A stretch of DNA of 64,000 nucleotides, counting the filler, from Vicugna vicugna (lineage: Eukaryota), in the NCBI GenBank assembly GCA_013265495.1. It is 75 parts of 73 records of this genome, joined end to end, with 100 filler letters (N's around TTAATTAATTAA, not from the genome) between each part and the next. Parts side by side here need not be neighbours in the genome. Positions count along the whole stretch, not along the records: positions 37,693 to 38,653 come from PNXW01027912.1; positions 38,754 to 39,538 come from MU063144.1; positions 39,639 to 40,494 come from PNXW01027925.1; positions 40,595 to 41,006 come from PNXW01027926.1; positions 41,107 to 41,561 come from PNXW01027929.1; positions 41,662 to 42,144 come from PNXW01027931.1; positions 42,245 to 43,042 come from MU063151.1; positions 43,143 to 43,668 come from MU063153.1; 67 more parts are not named here. The stretch is one strand, 5' to 3'. The notes beneath the pieces are model-generated. The model searched no databases and had not been told where the DNA came from. It worked only from the letters and a program-made list of their open reading frames with translations. This document shows, one piece after another, positions 37,693 through 50,240 of the stretch. How positions within the stretch are numbered: the first letter of the stretch is position 1; the number at the start of each line of letters is the position of its first letter. The translations under genes were made by a program, and so were the position numbers.

Positions 37693-38653
37693 GGCACAGG
37701 TGTTCCAAATTTGGGGATTTGGTTTAAACACCTCCACAGCCCACAGAGGGGCACTTGCTAATCCTTGTATTTAGAGCCCAACCCCCACATTCGTTCACAG
37801 CCCGGCCTAGGTAAACACTCAAGGAAGTAAAGCTAACGGATTCTATTAGACCCCAGGTGCTGCTGTCATTTGGAGGAAACTCCCCACATTCAGGATAGAA
37901 GAACACTTCCTCGTTTGTGTGCTGGAGTGGTGGGGAAACAGAGTCCAGGCATCTTTCAGGTGGCACATGTATTCCCACGTTGCTGGTTGTAGGTAAAATT
38001 TCTCAACTTCCCATGTAGATGCATTGTCTAATACTTGGTATTAGAGCCGAAACCCCACATTGCCCTGCACTGCAGCCTAGGCAATCCATCAGGGAAGGCA
38101 AGTTAAGGGATTCAAGTAGAACACAAGCGCTGCTGACAGTTGGAGGTACTTCCCCACACTCAGGTTTCCAGACCCAACCTTGTGTGGCGGGGAGTTGTGG
38201 AGCCAAAATCCAAGTAGATGAATGGGGTCACACTTGTTCCCCATTAGGGAGAAGTCCTCTAAATACTTCCACATTCCATCGGGGGGCAGTTGCTGCTAAT
38301 TGGCCTCCAAGCCAAACTCCCAGCTTTCCCTCTCAGCCCGGCCTAGGGAAACACTCAAGGAATACAAGCTAATGGATTCTAATAGAACCCAGGTGCTGCT
38401 GACATTTGGAGAAGCCTCCCCATGCCCAGGAATCCAGAAAACTTCTTCGTGTGTGTGCTGTTTCTAGGGAAACAGAGTCAAAGCATCTTTCAGGGTGCAC
38501 AGTTATTCCATGGATGTGGGTTGTATGTTAAACACCCACAACCCATGGAGAGGCTCTCACTAATACTTGGTTTAGAGCCCAATCCCAACTTTCCCCCTCC
38601 CACCGGCTTTGGCAAGCCATCATGGAATACAAGTTAAAGTATTGTATTAGAAC
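37693..38653 (+). repeat. Satellite B
   Basis: Core anchors at ~37839, 38109, 38375 and 38640 (spacings 270, 266, 265). Confidence 0.92.
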
Positions 38654-38753
38654 NNNNNNNNNNNNNNNNNNNNNNNNNNNNNNNNNNNNNNNNNNNNTTA
38701 ATTAATTAANNNNNNNNNNNNNNNNNNNNNNNNNNNNNNNNNNNNNNNNNNNN

Positions 38754-39538
38754 CTCTGTGCCAGGGAATGCTAGGGGTGTTTGCAGGTTACCCCAATGTC
38801 CGAGGCTTCCTCCCCAAGTTCAGGGAAGGTATTTCTGGACTTCCCCGAACAGGGAACACCTGTGACTGAAGAGAGCAGCGTGGAGTTGTCTCTCGAACTC
38901 CCCAAAGCACTGACAATGGTTCCGGAATCCTGAGCGTGGGGAGGTTCCACCACCTGTCGGCAGCGCTTTGGTTCTAACGGAATGCGTAAGCTCGTCTCCC
39001 CTGATGGTTTTCCTAATGTCTCTCTGCCAGGGAATGCTAGGGGTGATTGCAGGATATCCCAGTGTCAGAAGCTGCAACAGGGAAGTTATTTCTCGGGCTT
39101 CCCCGAAAAGGGAACACCTGTGAATGTAGAGAGCTGCGTGGAGTTGTCTNNNNNNNNNNNNNNNNNNNNNNNNNNNNNNNNNNNNNNNNNNNNNNNNNNN
39201 NNNNNNNNNNNNNNNNNNNNNNNNNNNNNNNNNNNNNNNNNNNNNNNNNNNNNNNNNNNNNNNNNNNNNNNNNNNNNNNNNNNNNNNNNNNNNNNNNNNN
39301 NNNNNNNNNNNNNNNNNNNNNNNNNNNNNNNNNNNNNNNNNNNNNNNNNNNNNNNNNNNNNNNNNNNNNNNNNNNNNNNNNNNNNNNNNNNNNNNNNNNN
39401 NNNNNNNNNNNNNNNNNNNNNNNNNNNNNNNATGGTTCTCCTGAGCGTGGGGAGGTTCCACCAAAGGTCGGCAGCGCGTGGGTTTTTAGGAATGCCAAGC
39501 TCGTCTCCCCTGAGGGTTTTCCTAATGTCTCAGTGCCA
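38754..39538 (-). repeat. Satellite A, includes a 258-bp variant monomer
   Basis: TGGAGTTGTCT at 38881 and 39139. Confidence 0.93.
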
Positions 39539-39638
39539 NNNNNNNNNNNNNNNNNNNNNNNNNNNNNNNNNNNNNNNNNNNNTTAATTAATTAANNNNNN
39601 NNNNNNNNNNNNNNNNNNNNNNNNNNNNNNNNNNNNNN

Positions 39639-40494
39639 CTATATTCAGTCTTCTGTATTGTATATTCTAAATTCTTTGTTCTGCACTCCATTTCTTAATT
39701 CTGGGTTCTATATTCTCTATTCATTTCTATATTTTTTGTTTACATTCTATATTGTACGTTCTATATTCTGCATTCCGTGTTTTATATTCTATATTATGTT
39801 TTCAACATTCTATATTCTAAATTCTATATTCAGTATTCTGAATTCTATATTCTAAATTCTGTGTTCTGCATTCCATGTTCTAAATTCTGGGTTCTATATT
39901 TTCTACACTATATTCTATATTCTGTGTTCTATATTGTATATTCTAAATTCTATATTCATTATTCTGTATTCTATATTCTTAATTCTGTGTTCTACATTCT
40001 ATATTCTAAATTCTATATTCAGTATTCTGTATTCTATATTCTTAATTCTCTATTCTTCATTCCATGTTCTAAGTTCTGGGTCCTATACTCTCTATTATAT
40101 ATTCTATATTTGTGTTCTTCATTCTATATTCTACATAGTATATTCTGCATTCCGTATCCTATATTCTATATTCTATGATCTACATTCTAAATTCTAAAAT
40201 CTATATTCAGTATTCTGTATTCTATAGTATAAATTCTCTGTTCTGCATTCCATTTCTAAATTGTGGTTTCTATATTCTCTATTCTATACTATATTCTGTA
40301 TATTCTGCATTCCTTATTCTACATTATATATTCTGTGTTCTAACTTTTATATTCCAAATTCTATATTAAGTATTCTGTATTCTCTATTCTAAATTAAGTG
40401 TTCTCCATTCCATGTTCTAAATTCTCTTTTCTCTATTCTATATTCTGTATTCTACTTTCTATATTCCAAATTCTATATTCAGTATTCTGTATTC
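39639..40494 (-). repeat. Satellite H
   Basis: TTC every 7 bp. Confidence 0.95.
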
Positions 40495-40594
40495 NNNNNN
40501 NNNNNNNNNNNNNNNNNNNNNNNNNNNNNNNNNNNNNNTTAATTAATTAANNNNNNNNNNNNNNNNNNNNNNNNNNNNNNNNNNNNNNNNNNNN

Positions 40595-41006
40595 AACTCG
40601 GGTTTACAGTACAAACCGCAGGAACTTCAAACCGGCACTTGGAAACAGGCTGAAAAACGAGAGTAAGTGTTTCTCCTGCAACCATTTCCCTTTGTGCTGG
40701 ATGAACGAACGTCTATCCACATGCTCAGTTCTGAGAGATATGTGTGTGTGAAAGCCGTAATTCAACTTGCTTGAAGAGAACACAAAGTTTCTTTTCATTT
40801 GCAAACTCCATACCATACATATATATGGGGAAGTACAAGCTGCAACTATGTTTTACAGTGCTAACTGCAGGAACTACAAACCGGCACTAGGAAACAGACT
40901 GAGAATCCAGAGTAAGTGTTTCTCCTACAACCCGTTCCCTTTGTGCTGGATGAACGAACGTCTCTCCACATGCTCAGTTCTGAGAGATAAGTGTGTGTGA
41001 AAGCCG
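40595..41006 (+). repeat. Satellite D, 249-bp tandem repeat
   Basis: TTTACAGT at 40603 and 40852; AAAGCCG at 40751 and 41000. Confidence 0.85.
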
Positions 41007-41661
41007 NNNNNNNNNNNNNNNNNNNNNNNNNNNNNNNNNNNNNNNNNNNNTTAATTAATTAANNNNNNNNNNNNNNNNNNNNNNNNNNNNNNNNNNNNNN
41101 NNNNNNTAATTATCCAACAGAGAGCAGTGGGCTCCTGAGTCCTCTGACACAGCCTCGGGGGACCTGGACAGCATCCCTGCCCTGCACCCTGTGATGTTAA
41201 GATATTCCAGCCTAGTCTAATTCAGTTTCTGCTCTAGAGCTGCCAGTGGCTGTATTTCCAAAGCTGTGGGTGCAGAGGGACCACAATGCTGCTTGCTTAG
41301 ATCTAAACAATATTAGAGAAATTTTTGGAAATACGAATATTTTTTAAAAGATAAGATTTATCATGAATTCGTACTCATTCATATTGATTCTAATTTGATA
41401 CCTTCTATTTTGACTCTGCTGCATTTCTCTCCCATGCTGAAAATCCTGGTCCTCAGAGACACCTATCCAGTTACTCAGGTGCTTTATTTCTCCTGCAATT
41501 CTAGCCAAGGTTGAGTAGGCTGGATGGAAGATAACTCACGTTAGTCAAAAATTAAAGAGCTNNNNNNNNNNNNNNNNNNNNNNNNNNNNNNNNNNNNNNN
41601 NNNNNTTAATTAATTAANNNNNNNNNNNNNNNNNNNNNNNNNNNNNNNNNNNNNNNNNNNN

Positions 41662-42144
41662 GGATTTCCCTAAGTAATTCCTCAGTCAATCGGTTGGCAC
41701 AAGCTGTACTTGGACTCCAAGCACAACACCCAGCTTTCGCTCGCAGCTCAGCCTAGGGAAACACTCAGGGAATAAAACTGAGTTATTCTATTCGAAAGCA
41801 GGCGCTGCTGTCAGTTGGAGGAACTTCCACACACTCAGGATACCTGAGCACCTCTCCGTGTGTGTGATGGAGGTGGAGAAACAGAGCCCACGCATCTTTA
41901 TGGGGGCACAGGTGTTCCAAAGTTGTGGAAGTTGTTTCAAACCCTCCACAGCACACAGTGTTGCACTCTCTAATAATTGGCTTTAGAGCCCATCCCCCAC
42001 CATCGCTCACTGCTAGGCCTAGGAAAACACTTAGGGAAGTCCAGCTAAGGGATTCTATTAGAACCCAGGTGCTGTTGTCAGTTGGAGGAGCGTCCCAATT
42101 TCCCTGCACTCAGGATTCCAGAATGCATTCTTGTGTGTGGGAGA
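41662..42144 (+). repeat. Satellite B
   Basis: GCTG.TGTCAGTTGGAGGA core twice. Confidence 0.9.
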
Positions 42145-42244
42145 NNNNNNNNNNNNNNNNNNNNNNNNNNNNNNNNNNNNNNNNNNNNTTAATTAATTAA
42201 NNNNNNNNNNNNNNNNNNNNNNNNNNNNNNNNNNNNNNNNNNNN

Positions 42245-43042
42245 AAAACAGATTTAAGAACAAAACAGAAAACAAACAAACAAACAAAAAAAAACAAAAC
42301 AAAAAAGGGGTTGTCGGTGTTCTCCTGCAGTCTGTGTGCTTTTAATGTGAAGTCCTCTGTCTTCGTCCTGTTTTGGAAGCTCAGCTTGTTTTCATAGGCC
42401 CTCCATTGGCGCCCCTCTTCGTGCTGCTCCCANNNNNNNNNNNNNNNNNNNNNNNNNNNNNNNNNNNNNNNNNNNNNNNNNNNNNNNNNNNNNNNNNNNN
42501 NNNNNNNNNNNNNNNNNNNNNNNNNNNNNNNNNNNNNNNNNNNNNNNNNNNNNNNNNNNNNNNNNNNNNNNNNNNNNNNNNNNNNNNNNNNNNNNNNNNN
42601 NNNNNNNNNNNNNNNNNNNNNNNNNNNNNNNNNNNNNNNNNNNNNNNNNNNNNNNNNNNNNNNNNNNNNNNNNNNNNNNNNNNNNNNNNNNNNNNNNNNN
42701 NNNNNNNNNNNNNNNNNNNNNNNNNNNNNNNNNNNNNNNNNNNNNNNNNNNNNNNNNNNNNNNNNNNNNNNNNNNNNNNNNNNNNNNNNNNNNNNNNNNN
42801 NNNNNNNNNNNNNNNNNNNNNNNNNNNNNNNNNNNNNNNNNNNNNNNNNNNNNNNNNNNNNNNNNNNNNNNNNNNNNNNNNNNNNNNNNNNNNNNNNNNN
42901 NNNNNNNNNNNNNNNNNNNNNNNNNNNNNNNNTGCCTGCGCCTCTCTTCCCCTGAAAAGTCTCCGTGGGTTTTCAGAGATGGGGGCGTGCACCCTTCCCC
43001 CCGAGAGCACATCAACCCTGCTGTTTTATGGAGGGCCCAGGT
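42245..43042 (-). mobile_element. Probable LINE-1 5'UTR (type 1), younger CpG-retaining copy
   Basis: 42933-43042 is reverse-complement homologous to 20921-21025; the (AAAC)n/A tract is a sense-strand T-rich tract. Confidence 0.6.
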
Positions 43043-43768
43043 NNNNNNNNNNNNNNNNNNNNNNNNNNNNNNNNNNNNNNNNNNNNTTAATTAATTAANN
43101 NNNNNNNNNNNNNNNNNNNNNNNNNNNNNNNNNNNNNNNNNNTCTATGCTGCATTTTGTACACGTGTTCTTAAAGGGGAAAAAATTTAGCATTTTTTTCA
43201 GAGGTGGGTTTTCCTATCCCCTCTGAATGCTTTCTGTAATTGATACAGTGAAAGTCTGTTATTGCAGTGCTTAATTATTTCATAAACGATTTTTTGGCTT
43301 AATCAGAAACTGACAAAGAATGATAAGAAAAAATATGAAAACCTTCCTTCCTTTGAAGAATAGAAATGAGATGGTCAGGCTCACGCATGCTTTGTGCCTG
43401 ACACACTTACTCTNNNNNNNNNNNNNNNTGATTCGGAGGTTGCTTCAGGTTTGTAGATTTTTGTTTTAACATTTGTGTTGAATTCATTCTCTAGGCTGAT
43501 GATTCCTGTTGCCTTTGTGGAAAGTGTAGATGAAGGGAAACAAATGTTATGTTTTGTTTTCTGGAGGCCTGAGATGCTGATAAGAAAAGAGAAGAGGGTG
43601 GACTGAGGAAAATAGTGACAGAACCTCACCTCCAGGCTGAAATTGATGAACAAAGAAATCAATTATGTNNNNNNNNNNNNNNNNNNNNNNNNNNNNNNNN
43701 NNNNNNNNNNNNTTAATTAATTAANNNNNNNNNNNNNNNNNNNNNNNNNNNNNNNNNNNNNNNNNNNN

Positions 43769-44566
43769 TAGAATGTAGAATAGAGAATGTAGTACACAAA
43801 ATATAGAATATAGAATTCAGAACACAGAACGCAGAATTTAGAACTTGGAATACAGAGCACAGAATACAGAATAAAGAATACAGTATATAGAACACAGAAT
43901 ATAGAATATAGAATACAGAATACAGAACCCAGAATTTAGAACATGGAATGCAGAACACAGAATATAGAATATAGAATACAGAATACAGAACCCAGAATTT
44001 AGAACATGGAATGCAGAACACAGAATATAGAATATAGAATACAGAATACAGAACCCAGAATTTAGAACATGGAATGCAGAACACAGAATTTAGAGTATAG
44101 AATAAAGATAAAGAATAATGAATGTTGATTATAGAATGTAGAACACAGAATATAGCATATAGAATACAAAATACAGAATATAGAATGTTGAATACAGAAT
44201 GCAGAAACCTGAATTTAAAACATGGAATGCAGAACAGAATTTAGAATATAGAATACAGAATACAGTATATCGAATGTAGAATATAGAATGTAGAACAAAG
44301 AATATAGTATACAGAATACAGAACCGTGAAATTAGAACATGGAATGCAAAACACACAATATAGAATATAGAATACACAATATAAAATGCAGTATATAGAA
44401 TGTAGAACACAGAATATAGAATATAGAAAGCAGAATACATAACACAAGTTTAGATCATGGAATTCAGAACACAGAATTTAGAATATAGTATAAAGAATTC
44501 AGAATTTACAATGTAGAATCTAGAATGTAGAACAGAATATAGATTAAAGAATACAGAATACAGAAT
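43769..44566 (+). repeat. Satellite H with a perfect 3 x 63-bp block
   Basis: Heptamer periodicity; a 9-heptamer unit starts at 43890, 43953 and 44016. Confidence 0.95.
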
Positions 44567-44666
44567 NNNNNNNNNNNNNNNNNNNNNNNNNNNNNNNNNN
44601 NNNNNNNNNNTTAATTAATTAANNNNNNNNNNNNNNNNNNNNNNNNNNNNNNNNNNNNNNNNNNNN

Positions 44667-45322
44667 AGGCACTCACTTATACTTGGATTTAGTGCCCAAA
44701 TCCCACTTTGAACCGCACTCTGGCTTATGCAATCCATCAGGGAAAAGAAGCTTAAGGATTCTACTAGAACACTGGCACTGCTGTCAGTAGGAGGAACTTG
44801 CCGACACTCAGGATTCCTGAATACAGTCTTGTGGGGGGGGATTTGTGTATCCCCACTCCACTTAGTTGGATGTGGGCACAGGTGTTCCCCTATAGGGAGA
44901 ATTCATCTAAATATTCCTCATTCCATCGGGGGCACTCTCTTCTATTTGGCCTCAATGGCCAACCCCCAGCTTTCCCTGAGAGCCAGGCCTAGGGAAACAA
45001 TCAGGAATTACAAGCTCAGGGATTCTATAAGAACCCAGGCGCTGCTGTCACTTGAAAGTGCTGGCCCACACTCAGGATACCTGAACACGTCTTCTTGTGT
45101 GTGCTGGGGGTGGGCTACAGATTCTACTGATTTTTATGTGGGCACAGGTGTTCCCAGGTTGAGGATGTAGCTTAAACACCTCCACTTCCCATAGAAAACA
45201 CTTTTCGTCTCCTGGAAGTGGGGAACAGAGTTCAGGCATATTTCAGGGCCCACTGGTGTTCCCAGTTTAGTGGTTTTTGGTTAAACACCTCCACTTCCCA
45301 TGCAGTGGCACTCGCTTCGCTA
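44667..45322 (+). repeat. Satellite B
   Basis: Core motifs; partial internal duplication at the 3' end. Confidence 0.9.
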
Positions 45323-45422
45323 NNNNNNNNNNNNNNNNNNNNNNNNNNNNNNNNNNNNNNNNNNNNTTAATTAATTAANNNNNNNNNNNNNNNNNNNNNN
45401 NNNNNNNNNNNNNNNNNNNNNN

Positions 45423-46210
45423 GGCGCTGCTGTCAGTTGGAGGAATTTCCCCACACTCAGGATTCTGGAACCCCCCCCTTGTGTGGGGGTGTGTGGAGAC
45501 ACAGTCCACGCCCATGAATGGAGGCACAGGTTTTCTCCGATAGGGAGAAGTCTTCTAAGTACTTAATCAGTCCTTCCGGTGGCACTAGCTGCTACTTGGC
45601 CTCCAAGCCCAACCCCCAGCTTTCCCTTGCTGCCCGGCGTAAGGAAACACTCAGGGAATACAAGCTAAGGGATTCTATTAAAACCCAGGGCCTGCTCTCA
45701 GTTGGAGGGGCCTCCAAAAATTATGATACTTGAACACGTCTTCGTGTGTGTGCTGGAGGTGGGGAAACAGAGTCCACGCATCTTTATGGGGGCACAGGTG
45801 TTCCCAGGTTGGGGAAATACTTTAAACACCTCCACTGCCAAAAGATAGGAACTCGCTAATACTTGGTTTTAGAGCACAACCGCCAACTTCAAAAAAAAAC
45901 TTAAGGATTCTACTAGAACACTGGCACTGTTGTCAGTTGGAGGAACTTTCCCACACTCAGGATTCCGGAAGCCAGGCTTGTGGGAGGAGGGGTTTTATGT
46001 ATACCCACCCCACGTAGTTTGATGTGGGCACAGGTGTTCCCCTTTAGGGAGAATTCATCTAAATACTTCCTCAGTCCATCGGGGGGCACTCGCTACTATT
46101 TGGCCTCAAAGCCCAATCCCCAGCTTTCCCTCAGAGTCAGGCCTCGGGAAACACTCAGGGACTAAAAGCTAAGGGATTCTATTAGAACCCAGGCGCTGCT
46201 GTCACATGAA
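45423..46210 (+). repeat. Satellite B
   Basis: About 3 subunits; first spacing 265 bp. Confidence 0.92.
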
Positions 46211-46310
46211 NNNNNNNNNNNNNNNNNNNNNNNNNNNNNNNNNNNNNNNNNNNNTTAATTAATTAANNNNNNNNNNNNNNNNNNNNNNNNNNNNNNNNNN
46301 NNNNNNNNNN

Positions 46311-46742
46311 TATTCTATATTCTAAATTCTGTGTTTTGCATTCCATGTTCTAAATCCTGGGAACTATATTCTGTTTTACATATTCTAAATTCCGTGTTCT
46401 ACATTCTATATTCTGTACTCAATATTCTTCATTCCGTATTCTACATTCCATATTCTGTGTTCTACATTCTGTATTCTAAATTTTATGATCAGTATTCTGT
46501 ATTATATACTCTAAATTCTGTGTTCCGCATTCTATGTTCTAAATTCTATACTCAGTAGTCTGTATTCTATATTCTAAATTCTGTTTTCGGCATTCCATGT
46601 TCAAAATTCTGTGTTCAACATTCTATATTCTATAATCTATATTCTGTGTTCTATATTCTATATTCTAAATTCTATATTCAGTATTCTGTATTTTATATTC
46701 CAAATTCTGTTTTCTGCATTCCATGTTCTAAATTCTTGGTTC
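46311..46742 (-). repeat. Satellite H
   Basis: TTC every 7 bp. Confidence 0.95.
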
Positions 46743-48613
46743 NNNNNNNNNNNNNNNNNNNNNNNNNNNNNNNNNNNNNNNNNNNNTTAATTAATTAANN
46801 NNNNNNNNNNNNNNNNNNNNNNNNNNNNNNNNNNNNNNNNNNATACTAAAGAGTGTCACTGATTTCTGATACATATTCAATATGTATATGTTTGATATAT
46901 TTGAATATGTTTTAAAGTAACAAGGATTCATTTTTTTTTGGTGTAGTATGAAGTTTTAATGAAATCTGTATCATTCTAGTGAGACAGGGACTAGTTAAAT
47001 TGCCTTAATCAGATGACCTTGAAGATTATTTACACAGAATATGTATTGTTACAAATCAGAATTTATGTTGCCGTGTAACCATCCACTCAGACATTTAAAT
47101 TCGTGGGATTCTGACCAGATCCGTTAAGTTTAGTAAAATCCACATTGATCATTTCCAGGGAATAATCTCTTCTCTTTTGTGATTAAAGAAAATTTTGATT
47201 TTTTCCCTACATTCTTAGCAGGTTTAAAATATCAAAACATTGATTTGACATGTCACTTTTTTAATAGAGAGAATAAAGCTCATGTTTTATTATGTAAATA
47301 AATGTTTTGTATGGCAACAAAATTGTATGATATCCTGGCTCTTTTAGTATATTGCAAGATACTTAGATAACCTACTGTTGGAAAAATANNNNNNNNNNNN
47401 NNNNNNNNNNNNNNNNNNNNNNNNNNNNNNNNNNNNNNNNNNNNNNNNNNNNNNNNNNNNNNNNNNNNNNNNNNNNNNNNNNNNNNNNNNNNNNNNNNNN
47501 NNNNNNNNNNNNNNNNNNNNNNNGGCTGAACTGGATTCTTTCCTCTTCTAAGATGAGTTTCCATGAGCCTGTGTCTTCTGTTTATATTCAGGAGTATTAG
47601 CAATATCAGATTAAACACTGAATATCCCTCCCTTCCCCCGAATCAAGGTGCAGCATGTGCTACATAAGCTTTTATTTATCTGATTCTCGTTACTGATCCT
47701 ACAGGCAATTTTTNNNNNNNNNNNNNNNNNNNNNNNNNNNNNNNNNNNNNNNNNNNNTTAATTAATTAANNNNNNNNNNNNNNNNNNNNNNNNNNNNNNN
47801 NNNNNNNNNNNNNTCTCTTACTACCACATGGGAATATACATTACATCTCAAAATAAGATTTCTAATATTTTAAAGAGATCATTGAGGTTAGGTGAGCTCA
47901 CTGTCTCAAATAAGGAACACACAGTACAAATAGGACAATGCCCAGCCCATGAGATACACTCAGTTAACATTCCCACTGAGCCCACTAGTCCCTCCAACTT
48001 CACAGCAAGAGGATGGGTCCTCGTGGCAACAGGCCACAGCACCTGAAGCTAACAAAGCTAATGGTGTCCACTTAAAAGAGCCCCTGTCACNNNNNNNNNN
48101 NNNNNNNNNNNNNNNNNNNNNNNNNNNNNNNNNNNNNNNNNNNNNNNNNNNNNNNNNNNNNNNNNNNNNNNNNNNNNNNNNNNNNNNNNNTCTTACCAGA
48201 TATCATGATGGCAGCCCTTCAAAGCCTGACCACAGAGATCATGATGGCAGCCCTTCTTGGTGAAACAATAAAATGGAAAGCCATTTCCACAAGACCTCTG
48301 TGTAAATCTACTAGGAAACTTCATCCTGGACTGAGGAAGAGGACTGGGGAGTAGCGGGTAAACTGGGGTACGGAGAACTATGGGCCACCTGTCCCACGAT
48401 GGACTTTAGACTCACCCTCACCCTACAGGAACTTCAAAATACACAGACAGAGTGCTATGGACAATAATTTTTTTTTAATCAAATTCCTGTATCCCTAGCT
48501 GATCTTGTTTCTANNNNNNNNNNNNNNNNNNNNNNNNNNNNNNNNNNNNNNNNNNNNTTAATTAATTAANNNNNNNNNNNNNNNNNNNNNNNNNNNNNNN
48601 NNNNNNNNNNNNN

Positions 48614-49116
48614 ATTCGGCAAACATGCGTTTCTGAGTTGTTAGCACGTGGATTACAAATCTTTCATCCACCAAAAAATGCATATATAGACTTAGTAGTA
48701 TTTACTCTGACTTCATAGATTTTTTCAATCACCAGTTCCTAAAATAGGACATAAGCCCCCAGAAACATCTCTTTGAACGAATTCTCAACAATACAAATGT
48801 AATTTACATTGTTTACATAACCATGGCATTCCGTATTCCATTCATGTTTCATGCAACACCGATTCCTCAAACAAGCATTTCTGAGTTGTGAACACGCGCA
48901 TGACTGATGTTTCAACCATAACAGGGTACATATGCACTTTGAAATATTTACTTTGACTTCATAGCTTCTCCCTGTCACGAGGTTCAAGAATCAAAATTTG
49001 ACCACAGAAAAACCCTCTAGAAGAGAATTCTACCCTAGAGAAGTAATTTGAATAGATTCCATCTATATGGAATTCCGTGTTCCGTACATGCTACATGAAT
49101 TACGGATTTGACAAAC
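48614..49116 (-). repeat. Satellite C
   Basis: Colinear with 29641-30140 (ATGTAATTTACATTGTTTACATAACCATGGCATTCCGTATT). Confidence 0.9.
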
Positions 49117-49664
49117 NNNNNNNNNNNNNNNNNNNNNNNNNNNNNNNNNNNNNNNNNNNNTTAATTAATTAANNNNNNNNNNNNNNNNNNNNNNNNNNNN
49201 NNNNNNNNNNNNNNNNCTTTATGCTGTCCAGGGATATGAATCATTTATTTAATGTATCAATTTTTACTAGAATAAACTTTTCAAAATATAACATCTCCTC
49301 AGAAAACTTCAACTACTATTCAATAAAAAATCACAGAAAATTTCTGAAAAGGATTTAAAGGAAAATCATTTTTAACTGAATCATATTCTAGGCACACTGA
49401 ATAAATTCTCTTTAGAGAACTCCTGCTTTTTTTTAGTAAATGACCCATAAAAATACACCGAGCATTAATCAGTAAATCTTCATTCTTTATTTTTAAAATT
49501 CTTAAGGCATGCTATTTTTTTTAAACCAAATGAGGAGGTATTCGCAAGCCAATGGACAACGGAATTACCTAAGAAGACATTATAAAGCAGCAATTTGCCA
49601 AGCATTCTGCCTGAGAGTCACTGTACCATCTCATTTTGACCTGACCACTTGTAGGTGAGCTCCA

Positions 49665-49790
49665 TCAGCCCATTTAACACATGAAGAAACTGAGGCTATG
49701 GGTGGTCATGTTTTCAGTACCTGGTGGAGCCAGGATCCAAACCCGGATCTTTGTCTATAGAGCCTGTGCCTTTACCAGATCACACTACAT
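49665..49790 (-). mobile_element. MIR SINE fragment
   Basis: CCCATTTAACACATGAAGAAACTGAGGCT...GGAGCCAGGATCCAAACCC matches the MIR core pattern. Confidence 0.75.
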
Positions 49791-50240
49791 TTCTCACTCT
49801 TCAAATGCTCTCAGTCCCCGAGGTAACACACCTTCCTTGCATTTCTAGGAGTTTTAGGAAGTACTGAATTACAAGGACTGAGCAGACATTTGTGTGGGCT
49901 AATTTTTAATTTTCTGGTTTTCCTGACTCAGTTCAGGCTGAATTCATATTACTTACGAGGAGAAGACCTGAGAGACAGACATAAACAATTTCAAGAGATC
50001 CACTTCATCAAGGAAGCAAAGTATTAAATAAACCACTTAAGCAGCACGCTTGTCAGTAAACCTTGGTGTCCTTGTCTCAGCCTGAAGGAGGGTATGCTCT
50101 CCAGCCCATCTTCCTTCCTGCCACTTACCCTGGATGATCTNNNNNNNNNNNNNNNNNNNNNNNNNNNNNNNNNNNNNNNNNNNNTTAATTAATTAANNNN
50201 NNNNNNNNNNNNNNNNNNNNNNNNNNNNNNNNNNNNNNNN

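Noticed and set aside
39777..40178. Hydrophobic Y/I/L/F/S-rich ORFs resembling membrane proteins
   Set aside because: They are translations of the TTCTATA heptamer satellite.
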